This document shows positions 9,453 to 16,955 of a DNA stretch of 50,494 nucleotides, in pieces (the first letter of the stretch is position 1; each line of letters begins with the position of its first letter). A model generated the notes under the pieces. That model was given only the letters and a program-made list of their open reading frames with translations. It was not told the DNA's origin and did no database searches. The position numbers were made by a program, and so were the translations under genes. Source of the DNA: a virus. Taxonomy: Duplodnaviria > Caudoviricetes. The stretch is from positions 1-50,494 of the IMG/VR virus record IMGVR_UViG_3300000233_000011; one strand, written 5' to 3'.

Positions 9453-10522
9453 TTGAGGGGGTTCACAGCGCGTTTCTGAGCGACGTTCTGACGTATCGTC
9501 AGATTTACGTTGAACGCGCAAAAACCGCGTTGCACGCTGAGTATGACAAGGTAACTCTTGTCGTGCTCGCTGCAGTGTTGCAGGCTCTCGCAAAACATCG
9601 GGTAACGCGGTTTGATCGGACAAACATGCGGACCCTTACCTTGGTTGTGTCGGACGTCCTCAAAGAGTTCGACATTGCGTCGCGCACCTACACCAAGCAC
9701 ATCACAGATTGGTTGGTTCGCTACACGCGCGACGAAACAGTTTTCTTTTCCACTTCGATGCGCACCGCGATTGTGCGCCCGGAAGAGGGGACCCAGGATG
9801 ATGAGCAGCCGGCCAATGCCCCCGCAGTCTGGCCACTCATCGTCGGCGGGATCATCGGCGCAACAGGCTTGACCATGAAGCAAACGCTGGACAAGCTCCT
9901 CAAGGATCAACGCGCGATGCTGCGTCAAACGATCCAACGAGCACGCGCCTTGAATATGACCACGGAACAGCTTCTTGCGACGTTGGAAGGCACGGCATCG
10001 CGGCTGCGCAAAGACGGGTTGCTGACCAAGATGCGCAACTTTGCAGCCACCACTGTGGACACCATCGTTCAATACGGGATGTCTGCCTCACGGCTGCAAG
10101 CAATGCAAAAGTATATGGATTTCGTTATCGGCTACACCTGGGTGTCCGTGCTCGATGCACGAACCTCGGACATCTGCCGCTCGTTGTCCGGACAGCGTTT
10201 CCGCTTTGGGCAGGGACCTACGCCCCCGATGCACCTGCGCTGTCGTTCCCACATTGAACCGATCTTCTCGCTCAACACAATGTTCCGCGAAGGATTTGGC
10301 AAAGCATTCACCGCAGGCGAGACATACTACCAGTGGCTCAAACGGCAGACAGCGGAACTGCAAGATGACGTCCTGGGTCCGACAAAAGGACGTCTTTTCC
10401 GGAGCGGGGGATTGACAGCAGATCAGTTTGCTGTCACAGTCGTTGACAGAAAGTTCCAGCCACTCACCTTGGCTGAACTGCGGAAGAAGAATCCTGACGC
10501 CTTTACGAAAGCCAAACTGTAG
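9449..10522 (+). CDS. Head morphogenesis protein (SPP1 gp7/Mu F-like)
   Basis: WVSVLDARTSDICRSL...PPMHLRCRS and Y.QWLKRQ..QDDVLG. Confidence 0.9.
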   Translation: MIEGVHSAFLSDVLTYRQIYVERAKTALHAEYDKVTLVVLAAVLQALAKHRVTRFDRTNMRTLTLVVSDVLKEFDIASRTYTKHITDWLVRYTRDETVFFSTSMRTAIVRPEEGTQDDEQPANAPAVWPLIVGGIIGATGLTMKQTLDKLLKDQRAMLRQTIQRARALNMTTEQLLATLEGTASRLRKDGLLTKMRNFAATTVDTIVQYGMSASRLQAMQKYMDFVIGYTWVSVLDARTSDICRSLSGQRFRFGQGPTPPMHLRCRSHIEPIFSLNTMFREGFGKAFTAGETYYQWLKRQTAELQDDVLGPTKGRLFRSGGLTADQFAVTVVDRKFQPLTLAELRKKNPDAFTKAKL

Positions 10523-10532
10523 GAGAAGCACA

Positions 10533-11246
10533 ATGGCTCTGAAACGTAAGATCACCAAAGCGGAATACGACGCCCTGTCCGATGCCCTCAAGGGCGAGTA
10601 CAAGGCCGATGGCGACAGCTACGTCCTGGACGTGGAAGACTCGGGCTTTGAAACCCTCAAGGCCGAGAAAGAAGCCGCCAAGCGCGAGGCCGACGAAGCC
10701 AAGCGCAAGCTGAAAGAAAAAGAGGACGCCGAGGCCGAGGCTGCGCGCAAGGCGACCGAAGATGCCGCCAAGGCTGCGGGCGACATTGCCGCGCTCGAAA
10801 AGTCCTGGAAGGAAAAGGCTGAACGCGATGCCGCTGCTGCCCGTGAAGAAGGCAAGCGCGCCATGGACGCTCTGCGTGCCGTCACGATCAATCAGACCGC
10901 GTCCGACATGGCGAAGCGCATCTGCACCGTGCCGGGCTTGCTCGAAGGACTGATCCGCGACCGGCTGTCCGTCGAGATCGTGGAAGGCCTGCCCCTGATC
11001 CGTGTCAAAGATGCAGCAGGGCGCCCGAGTGCATTGTCCCTGACTGATCTCGAAAAAGAATTCCTTGACAACCCTTCTTACAAGACGATAATGAAGGGAT
11101 CAAGCTCGGGCGGCGGCGGTGCCGGTGGTGCGGGCGAAGGCGGCGGTGCCGGCCGGAAGAAACTTTCCGAGATGACTGCGACCGAGGAAGCGAAGTTTGC
11201 GAACGAGCATCCCGACGAGTACAAGCGTCTGATCGGACAATCGTAA
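10533..11246 (+). CDS. Capsid scaffolding protein
   Basis: AGGAG SD; MALKRK..EY...YVLDVE, coiled coil and SSGGGGAG near the C-terminus; precedes the capsid gene. Confidence 0.85.
   Translation: MALKRKITKAEYDALSDALKGEYKADGDSYVLDVEDSGFETLKAEKEAAKREADEAKRKLKEKEDAEAEAARKATEDAAKAAGDIAALEKSWKEKAERDAAAAREEGKRAMDALRAVTINQTASDMAKRICTVPGLLEGLIRDRLSVEIVEGLPLIRVKDAAGRPSALSLTDLEKEFLDNPSYKTIMKGSSSGGGGAGGAGEGGGAGRKKLSEMTATEEAKFANEHPDEYKRLIGQS
11065..11092 (+). promoter_or_regulatory. Possible internal promoter for the major capsid gene
   Basis: TTGACA-N16-GATAAT inside the scaffold gene. Confidence 0.35.
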
Positions 11247-11261
11247 CCTCAGGAGATCAAA

Positions 11262-12269
11262 ATGGCGACCGTCCAGCTTGCTGACATCTACAACCCGCTC
11301 ACGTTTGCGCGCCGCACCCAGGAAGCGCAACTCGAACTCAACACGTTCATCAACTCCGGCGTGCTCGCGTCCGATGCCGAACTGCAGAATCAGATCGGTG
11401 CCGGCGGCCACATCGGCGAGCTGACGAACTACAACCCGCTTGGCACCCCCGAGCCGAACTACTCCAACGATGACCCGGATGACACCATCACGCCGAACAA
11501 GGTCAACACGTCCAAGATGTCGTTCCGTCTGGCCAACCAGAACCAGTCGTGGTCGATCATGGACCTGTCGCGTGACCTGGCGCTGGAAGACCCCGTGGGC
11601 GCCATCACCAGCCGCATCGGCCAGTACTGGGCGACCATCAACGAGCGGCGTCTGATCCGTTCGTGCTTGGGCATCCTGGCTGACAACGTGGCCAACGATG
11701 GCGGCGACATGCGGATCTCCGTTGCGACCGATGCTGTCGGTGCCGTGACGGACGCGGAACGGATCTCGGCCAACGTGGTCCTGTCGGCGAAACAGACGAT
11801 GGGCGACCACGCGGGTTCGCTGTCGACCATTGCGATGCACTCGGCGATCTTCACCCGTCTGCAGCGTCAGAACCTGATCGTGTATATCCCCAACGCGCGG
11901 GGCGAAGTCACGATCCCGTCCTACCTGGGCTACACGGTTCTGGTCGATGACAGCCTGCCGGCCGTGATGGGGACCAACCGCATCACCTACACCTGCATCC
12001 TGTTCGGGTCTGGTGCATGGGGCTGGGCCAATGGGCGGGTCAACGTGCCGTCCGAGATGCTGCGCAAGCCCGATGCCGGTAACGGTGGTGGTGAAGAGCG
12101 CATCTACTCGCGTCGCTCGGATCTGATCCACCCGATGGGCTTCTCGTTCACCTCGGCCAGCGTTGCGGGCCAGTCGGCGACCCTCGCCGAACTGCAGACC
12201 GCCACGAACTGGAACCGTGTGTGGGCACGCAAGCACATCCCGATGGCCTTCCTCCAGGTCAACGACTAA
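11262..12269 (+). CDS. Major capsid protein
   Basis: AGGAG SD, strong codon bias, position, and motifs IAMHS, TIPSYLG..VLVDD, GNGGGEE and HPMGFSF. Confidence 0.9.
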   Translation: MATVQLADIYNPLTFARRTQEAQLELNTFINSGVLASDAELQNQIGAGGHIGELTNYNPLGTPEPNYSNDDPDDTITPNKVNTSKMSFRLANQNQSWSIMDLSRDLALEDPVGAITSRIGQYWATINERRLIRSCLGILADNVANDGGDMRISVATDAVGAVTDAERISANVVLSAKQTMGDHAGSLSTIAMHSAIFTRLQRQNLIVYIPNARGEVTIPSYLGYTVLVDDSLPAVMGTNRITYTCILFGSGAWGWANGRVNVPSEMLRKPDAGNGGGEERIYSRRSDLIHPMGFSFTSASVAGQSATLAELQTATNWNRVWARKHIPMAFLQVND

Positions 12270-12276
12270 TCCGGCT

Positions 12277-12305
12277 GGGGGCCTTCGGGCCCCCGCCATC
12301 CTTTC
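12277..12305 (+). terminator. Hairpin after the capsid gene (terminator or stabiliser)
   Basis: GGGGGCC-TTCG-GGCCCCC with a weak U tract. Confidence 0.6.
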
Positions 12306-12326
12306 AACGTCAACTGGAGAAGAACG

Positions 12327-12641
12327 ATGACGAAAGCCCCTTGGGAAGGTGAAAAGGCCCCCGCCGCGACGACCCCGGCTCCGCAGCCTGATCCCGTCAA
12401 CAGCACCGTGACCGCAACCCCGACCGATCCCGCGATCACTCCGACCGATCCCACGATCACCCCGCCCCCGCCGCCCCCGCCTGCCAACGTGACGGAACCC
12501 GTTGCCGAGGTCGCGGACGCCGAAGCCCTCGCAGCCTTCACCCCGTCGATTGACGGACCGCAGGCCCCGCTGGAGCTTATCAACCTGGTCTCCAACGGCA
12601 TGTCCGTCAGCGAGGCCAAGAAGCATCTCGGGATGGAATGA
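12327..12641 (+). CDS. Pro/Thr-rich hypothetical (possible virion) protein
   Basis: GGAG SD; low-complexity sequence with a poly-Pro stretch. Confidence 0.7.
   Translation: MTKAPWEGEKAPAATTPAPQPDPVNSTVTATPTDPAITPTDPTITPPPPPPPANVTEPVAEVADAEALAAFTPSIDGPQAPLELINLVSNGMSVSEAKKHLGME
12420..12461 (+). repeat. 21-nt tandem repeat, two copies (PTDPAIT/PTDPTIT)
   Basis: ccgaccgatcccgcgatcact / ccgaccgatcccacgatcacc. Confidence 0.8.
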
Positions 12642-12730
12642 CCATGACCGCATCCGTTCGCAACTATCTGATCTGGCTGCAACAAGCACGCCAACAAGGT
12701 GCGCCCGGAACGGGTGCGGGCAATCCGTGA
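12638..12730 (+). CDS. Possible 30-aa small protein
   Basis: ATGA overlap; MTMTASVRNYLIWLQQARQQGAPGTGAGNP* fills the gap up to the next SD. Confidence 0.4.
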   Translation: MTMTASVRNYLIWLQQARQQGAPGTGAGNP

Positions 12731-12738
12731 GGTAAACC

Positions 12739-13242
12739 ATGACTCTCGTCGTTGAAGATGGCACAATCGTTGCAGGCGCCAACTCGTATGTGACCCTTGC
12801 TGAGGTCCGCGAATACGCGACGACCCGCAACATCACTGTGCCTGTCCCCGACGCCGAGCTGGAACCTCACGTCCATCTTGCGATGGACTGGTTTGAAGCT
12901 GAGGACATCCCGTCAACGCGCATCAGCGTTGACCAGGAACTGAACTTCCCGCGTGTGCGGATGATCGTTGACGGGGTTGCCTACGTTGACGGTGCGATCC
13001 CCAAGCTGGTCAAACAGATCATCTGCGAGGCGGCTTGCACGTCGCTGACCATCGCATTGCAGCCGCAGTTTGCAGGTTCGAGCCTTGGACAGCTTCGGCG
13101 CAACAAGGTTGACGTGCTCGAGAAAGAATACTTCCAGGCAAGCGGCACGTCGAGCTTCATGCCGATCCTCGCCAAGCTGGATGCGATGATGCGCAAGCTC
13201 ATCTATCCCAACGGCTTTCGTCTTACCACATTGAGGGCGTGA
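12739..13242 (+). CDS. Head-tail adaptor (DnaT-like family)
   Basis: MTLVVEDGT..GANSYVT and Q.L.FPR motifs; GAGG SD. Confidence 0.8.
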   Translation: MTLVVEDGTIVAGANSYVTLAEVREYATTRNITVPVPDAELEPHVHLAMDWFEAEDIPSTRISVDQELNFPRVRMIVDGVAYVDGAIPKLVKQIICEAACTSLTIALQPQFAGSSLGQLRRNKVDVLEKEYFQASGTSSFMPILAKLDAMMRKLIYPNGFRLTTLRA

Positions 13243-13643
13243 TGGCGGACTATTCGGCAGAACGGGCTGGCGCTTACGAGGACATCCGCGCAGCGGGTGG
13301 TGTGTTCGTTGTCACCCATGTCGGAGAGACCGTTCCTGATCCCAACAAGCCTTGGCGCAAATCCCCGAATGCCGGGACGCCCGCGACGTTCTACGGGCTG
13401 TTGACCCTTTACAAAAAGACCTCAGAGTCGCAAGGATACACCGCAGGGTCCGAGGATGCGAAAGCCATTCTCCCCGGCGATATGATGCTCCTCGTTGCTG
13501 GGGCCGATCCCGGATTGACGTTCACCCCTGTTCCGCGTGACACCGTGGTTGGTCCTGACGGGCAAAGCTACGTCATCATGTCCATCGAAAGTGTCGCGCC
13601 TGATGGCATTGCGATCCTTCACAAGATGCAGGTGCGCAAATGA
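13242..13643 (+). CDS. Head-closure / head-tail joining protein
   Basis: I..GD..L, Y.I.SIE.V.PDG..IL..MQVR; synteny. Confidence 0.7.
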   Translation: MADYSAERAGAYEDIRAAGGVFVVTHVGETVPDPNKPWRKSPNAGTPATFYGLLTLYKKTSESQGYTAGSEDAKAILPGDMMLLVAGADPGLTFTPVPRDTVVGPDGQSYVIMSIESVAPDGIAILHKMQVRK

Positions 13644-14080
13644 TAACAGGCGGGCAAGAACAAGTCTACGACGAGGTGTTTACCCTTGTCAAGGAAACGG
13701 TGGACAGCTGGGACCCCATTGCCGGTCTCGGCCTTGTCGTGATCTGGCAAGACGATCTGGAATCTGTGGACATCAAGACTCCTGTTCTCGCCGTGTCGCT
13801 CCAGCACGTTATGGGGCGGCAGGCGTCGCTTGCAGGAGACGGCCCGGCACGTCGCTGGAGGTCCGAAGGCATCATCTACATGCAGGTTCGATGCTCGGCA
13901 CGCGGTGAGGGCTTGACAACCATCGGGGAGCTGCGTAACATGTGCGTTGCAGCCATCCGAGGTAAAAGCACGCCAGGCGGCGTGTGGTTCCGAAACGTGA
14001 TTGCGAAAGAAGACGCACCCAAGGACGGTAACTCGCGGGCGACCATTACTGGCGAGTTCACATATCAGGAGATCAGCTAA
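13640..14080 (+). CDS. Tail terminator protein
   Basis: Q.SL.G...R.W...G.I..QV and GVWFRN; immediately precedes the tail tube gene. Confidence 0.7.
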   Translation: MITGGQEQVYDEVFTLVKETVDSWDPIAGLGLVVIWQDDLESVDIKTPVLAVSLQHVMGRQASLAGDGPARRWRSEGIIYMQVRCSARGEGLTTIGELRNMCVAAIRGKSTPGGVWFRNVIAKEDAPKDGNSRATITGEFTYQEIS

Positions 14081-15591
14081 TGGCCGACACAATCGACTCC
14101 AACGTGACCGGCGCGCGGATCGCCGAAGAAGCCTCGCCGGGGGTCCTGCCGGGTTCCCCTGTGTGGGACCTGATGGAACCGAACTCGTATGATGACTTCG
14201 GCTCGGAAATCACGACCGCCGCGCGTGAACCCCTCAACCCCAGCCGGCAGCGCAAGAAGGGTTCGGTCGTTGACCTGGACGCCTCGGGCGGCTTCCAGCA
14301 GGACTTCACCGAGACGGGCTTGCTCAAACTGATGCAAGGCTTCCTGTTCGCTGACGCCCACATCCCCGGCGACACCAAGCCCATCACGGGCACGGCTGTT
14401 CCGATCACCTCGACCACCACGGGCACCAACGTGATCTCAGCCGCATCGGGGCTGGATCGTTTTGCGACCGATGATCTGGTGTTGCTGTCGGGCTTCGCGC
14501 AGGCGGCGACCAACGGCCTCAAGACGGTGGCTGGCGCAACGGCGACGACCCTGACCTTGGATGAAGCCATCGGCGCATCCGAAGCCGCTCTCCCGTCCTC
14601 GGCCCGCGTTCAGAAGGTCGGCGTCAGTGTCGCAGCCAACGAACTGGCCGTTGTCGTCTCGGGTTCGCAAATCACGATCACTTCGGTGACCTTTGACTTC
14701 ACGACGCTCGACCTGGTCGAAGGCTCCTGGATCTTCCTCGGGTCCGATGCCAACAAGTTCGCGGCGCCTGCCAACCAGTGTTTCGTGCGGGTCGACTCGA
14801 TCACCGCCAACGCGCTGATCCTCGGCAAGACGTCGAAACAGATGACCGCGGTCGCAGCCGGTCCCGCTGTGGACATCCTGCTGCCCACGTTCATCCGCAA
14901 CGAACCCGACCCGGACGAGATCATCCGTCGCACCTATCAGATCGAGCGGACGCTCGGCCGCGATGATGACGGTGTGATGTCCGAGTATCTGGTCGGCTCC
15001 GTCGCCAACGAGTTCACGCTGAACATTCAGCAAGGTGAACTTATCACGGCGGAACTGATGTTCGTTGCCCAGGACAACGAGCAGCGCGCGGGCGTGGTCG
15101 GCGTCAAGCCCGGTTCGCGTCCGTCGATCCAGACGGAAGATGCGTTCAACGCAACCTCGGACGTGCGGCGGTCGAAGATGGCCATCGTGACGCCGGGCAA
15201 CCCCAACCCCTCGGCGCTGTTCGGTTACGCAACCGAGATCAGCCTCGAGATCAACAACAACGTGTCGCCGAACAAGGCGATTGGTGTGCTTGGTGCGTTC
15301 TCGATGACGGCAGGACAGTTCGAGGTCGGCGGCTCCGCGACTGTCTATTTCTCGTCCATCGCGGCCGTCCAGGCGATCCGCAACAACGCAGACGTGACGC
15401 AGGATCTGATCCTCGTCAAGAACGGCGCCGGGTGGGTGTTCGACATCCCGCTCCTGTCGCTGGGCGACGGTCGTTTGTCGGTTGAAGCGAACCAGCCGAT
15501 CACCCTGCCGCTCGAGACGATGGCGGCTGAGTCCGATCTTGGCCACACGCTGATGGTCGCGCGATTCCCTCACCTCCCGAGCTTCGCATAA
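14080..15591 (+). CDS. Major tail tube protein
   Basis: IDSN.TG.RIAEE...VW..MEPNSY.DFG...R.P.NPSRQRKKG..DLDA.GG pattern of PA73/KL1-like tail proteins. Confidence 0.85.
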   Translation: MADTIDSNVTGARIAEEASPGVLPGSPVWDLMEPNSYDDFGSEITTAAREPLNPSRQRKKGSVVDLDASGGFQQDFTETGLLKLMQGFLFADAHIPGDTKPITGTAVPITSTTTGTNVISAASGLDRFATDDLVLLSGFAQAATNGLKTVAGATATTLTLDEAIGASEAALPSSARVQKVGVSVAANELAVVVSGSQITITSVTFDFTTLDLVEGSWIFLGSDANKFAAPANQCFVRVDSITANALILGKTSKQMTAVAAGPAVDILLPTFIRNEPDPDEIIRRTYQIERTLGRDDDGVMSEYLVGSVANEFTLNIQQGELITAELMFVAQDNEQRAGVVGVKPGSRPSIQTEDAFNATSDVRRSKMAIVTPGNPNPSALFGYATEISLEINNNVSPNKAIGVLGAFSMTAGQFEVGGSATVYFSSIAAVQAIRNNADVTQDLILVKNGAGWVFDIPLLSLGDGRLSVEANQPITLPLETMAAESDLGHTLMVARFPHLPSFA

Positions 15592-15599
15592 CGACCTAA

Positions 15600-15635
15600 G
15601 GGGCCAGCCGTCACCTCCTCCCGATGGCTGGCCCC
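15600..15635 (+). promoter_or_regulatory. 13-bp hairpin with an anti-Shine-Dalgarno loop (ACCTCCTCCC)
   Basis: GGGGCCAGCCGTC-ACCTCCTCCC-GATGGCTGGCCCC. Confidence 0.6.
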
Positions 15636-15672
15636 GACGATTTCCGAAACCCCTAATGCGATGGAGAAGCAC

Positions 15673-16155
15673 ATGGGACTGTTTAAGGCCTACCAAACCA
15701 ATAAGAACCTGGAAAAGGACGGGGTCGTGTTCACGCCAGATTCCTCGACCGCCATCACCCTCGCGCGGGCAGGCGGGTCCAATGTCCAGTTCTCGAAAAC
15801 CCTTGAGCACAAGGCGAAGCCCGTGCGGCGTCAGATCGAAGCGGGGACCCTTGACCCCGAACTGGATCGCCGCATGATGTGCGAGACCTACGCCGAGACC
15901 ATCGTCCGCAACTGGGAAACGCTGGTCGAGATCGAAGGCAAGCCGCAGCTTGTGCAGGGCATCGAAGCCTTCCCCGATGCGCCGGAAGGGACCTACACGC
16001 ACACCCCGGACGACAACGGGCTGGTGCCGTTCAACAAGAAGAACGTGGTGGCGACGTTCCTGCTGCTGCCCGATCTGTTCCTGGACGTGCAGCGTGAGGC
16101 GCAGAGCCTCGCAAACTTCCGGCAGGAAGAACGCAAGGCCGACGAGGGAAACTAA
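15673..16155 (+). CDS. Tail assembly chaperone
   Basis: GGAG SD; E.DGV...ITLARAGGSN..F and LPDLF.D pattern; between tail tube and tape measure genes. Confidence 0.85.
   Translation: MGLFKAYQTNKNLEKDGVVFTPDSSTAITLARAGGSNVQFSKTLEHKAKPVRRQIEAGTLDPELDRRMMCETYAETIVRNWETLVEIEGKPQLVQGIEAFPDAPEGTYTHTPDDNGLVPFNKKNVVATFLLLPDLFLDVQREAQSLANFRQEERKADEGN
16146..16152 (+). other. Programmed -1 frameshift slippery site G GGA AAC
   Basis: XXXYYYZ heptamer just before the TAA. The -1 frame is open (K L T A F L R Y Q L E M...) into the 16182..16529 ORF. Confidence 0.85.
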
Positions 16156-16529
16156 CTGCGTTTCTCCGCTACCAGCTCGAGATGGGGGCGGTGGAGGAAC
16201 GTATCGTTGAGCAAGCTATTCAGGCAGGTGAAGACCTGCCTGATAAGGTCAAGAACGCACCCCAGCTGTTGCGTGGCTTGAGTCTTTACTACAATGCGTT
16301 CCAGGAGCTTACGTCCTGTCGCGCGTTTGGGATGGGGGTCGGGCCGATCCCGTGGCAGGCGATCAACGACTATTGCCTGACCTACGAGATAACGGACGAG
16401 CAACGGGAGGACATGTTCTTTTACATCGGGGTGTTGGATGCGACGTATCGAACCCACGTTGAGACGAAGAGCAAACAAGACAAGACCCCGATAGGGGGCA
16501 AGAAAACGAAACAGAGGGGCAGACGGTGA
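16149..16529 (+). CDS. Tail chaperone C-terminal frameshift extension (lambda gpT-like)
   Basis: AF.EL.SCR..GMG.GPIPW.AI.DY motif; no clear SD of its own. Confidence 0.8.
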   Translation, partial: KLTAFLRYQLEMGAVEERIVEQAIQAGEDLPDKVKNAPQLLRGLSLYYNAFQELTSCRAFGMGVGPIPWQAINDYCLTYEITDEQREDMFFYIGVLDATYRTHVETKSKQDKTPIGGKKTKQRGRR

Positions 16530-16951
16530 TGGCGACGCTCGGGCAATTTGCAAGGAATATGCGGGCCCGAGCGAAGTCCGTCACAACCGAGGTGCGCGAA
16601 CTTAAGCGCGTCGTGGCCGTCAACGTGTTGCAGGGTGTGGTCACCGCGACACCTATTGACACGGGGCAGGCCCGATACAACTGGAACGTCGCGTTTAACG
16701 CACCAGACTACTCGACAGACATGACCGGGTTCAGGACCTACATGCGGCGAACAGACTGGGCGCTCAAGATGTCCGCATCGGTGATGACACTGGCACGCGC
16801 GAACGAAAGAGATGTTATTTACATCTCAAACGCATTGCCCTATATTCAACGATTGAACGAGGGGTGGTCTTCGCAGGCGCCAGCAGGCTACGTTAAGATT
16901 GCCGCCCTTATTGCAGCCCGCTCCATTGCCGAGCGCCGGATCATAAGGTAA
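16529..16951 (+). CDS. Tail component, HK97 gp10-like
   Basis: TPIDTG.AR.NW, IYISN.LPYI.RLN.GWS.QAP.G. Confidence 0.85.
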   Translation: MATLGQFARNMRARAKSVTTEVRELKRVVAVNVLQGVVTATPIDTGQARYNWNVAFNAPDYSTDMTGFRTYMRRTDWALKMSASVMTLARANERDVIYISNALPYIQRLNEGWSSQAPAGYVKIAALIAARSIAERRIIR

Positions 16952-16955
16952 GCAT

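Noticed and set aside
7251-16002. Long antisense ORFs (7251..8570, 8604..9623, 11100..12836, 14437..16002)
   Set aside because: These are shadow frames opposite well-supported, codon-biased structural genes in GC-rich DNA, with no recognisable motifs.
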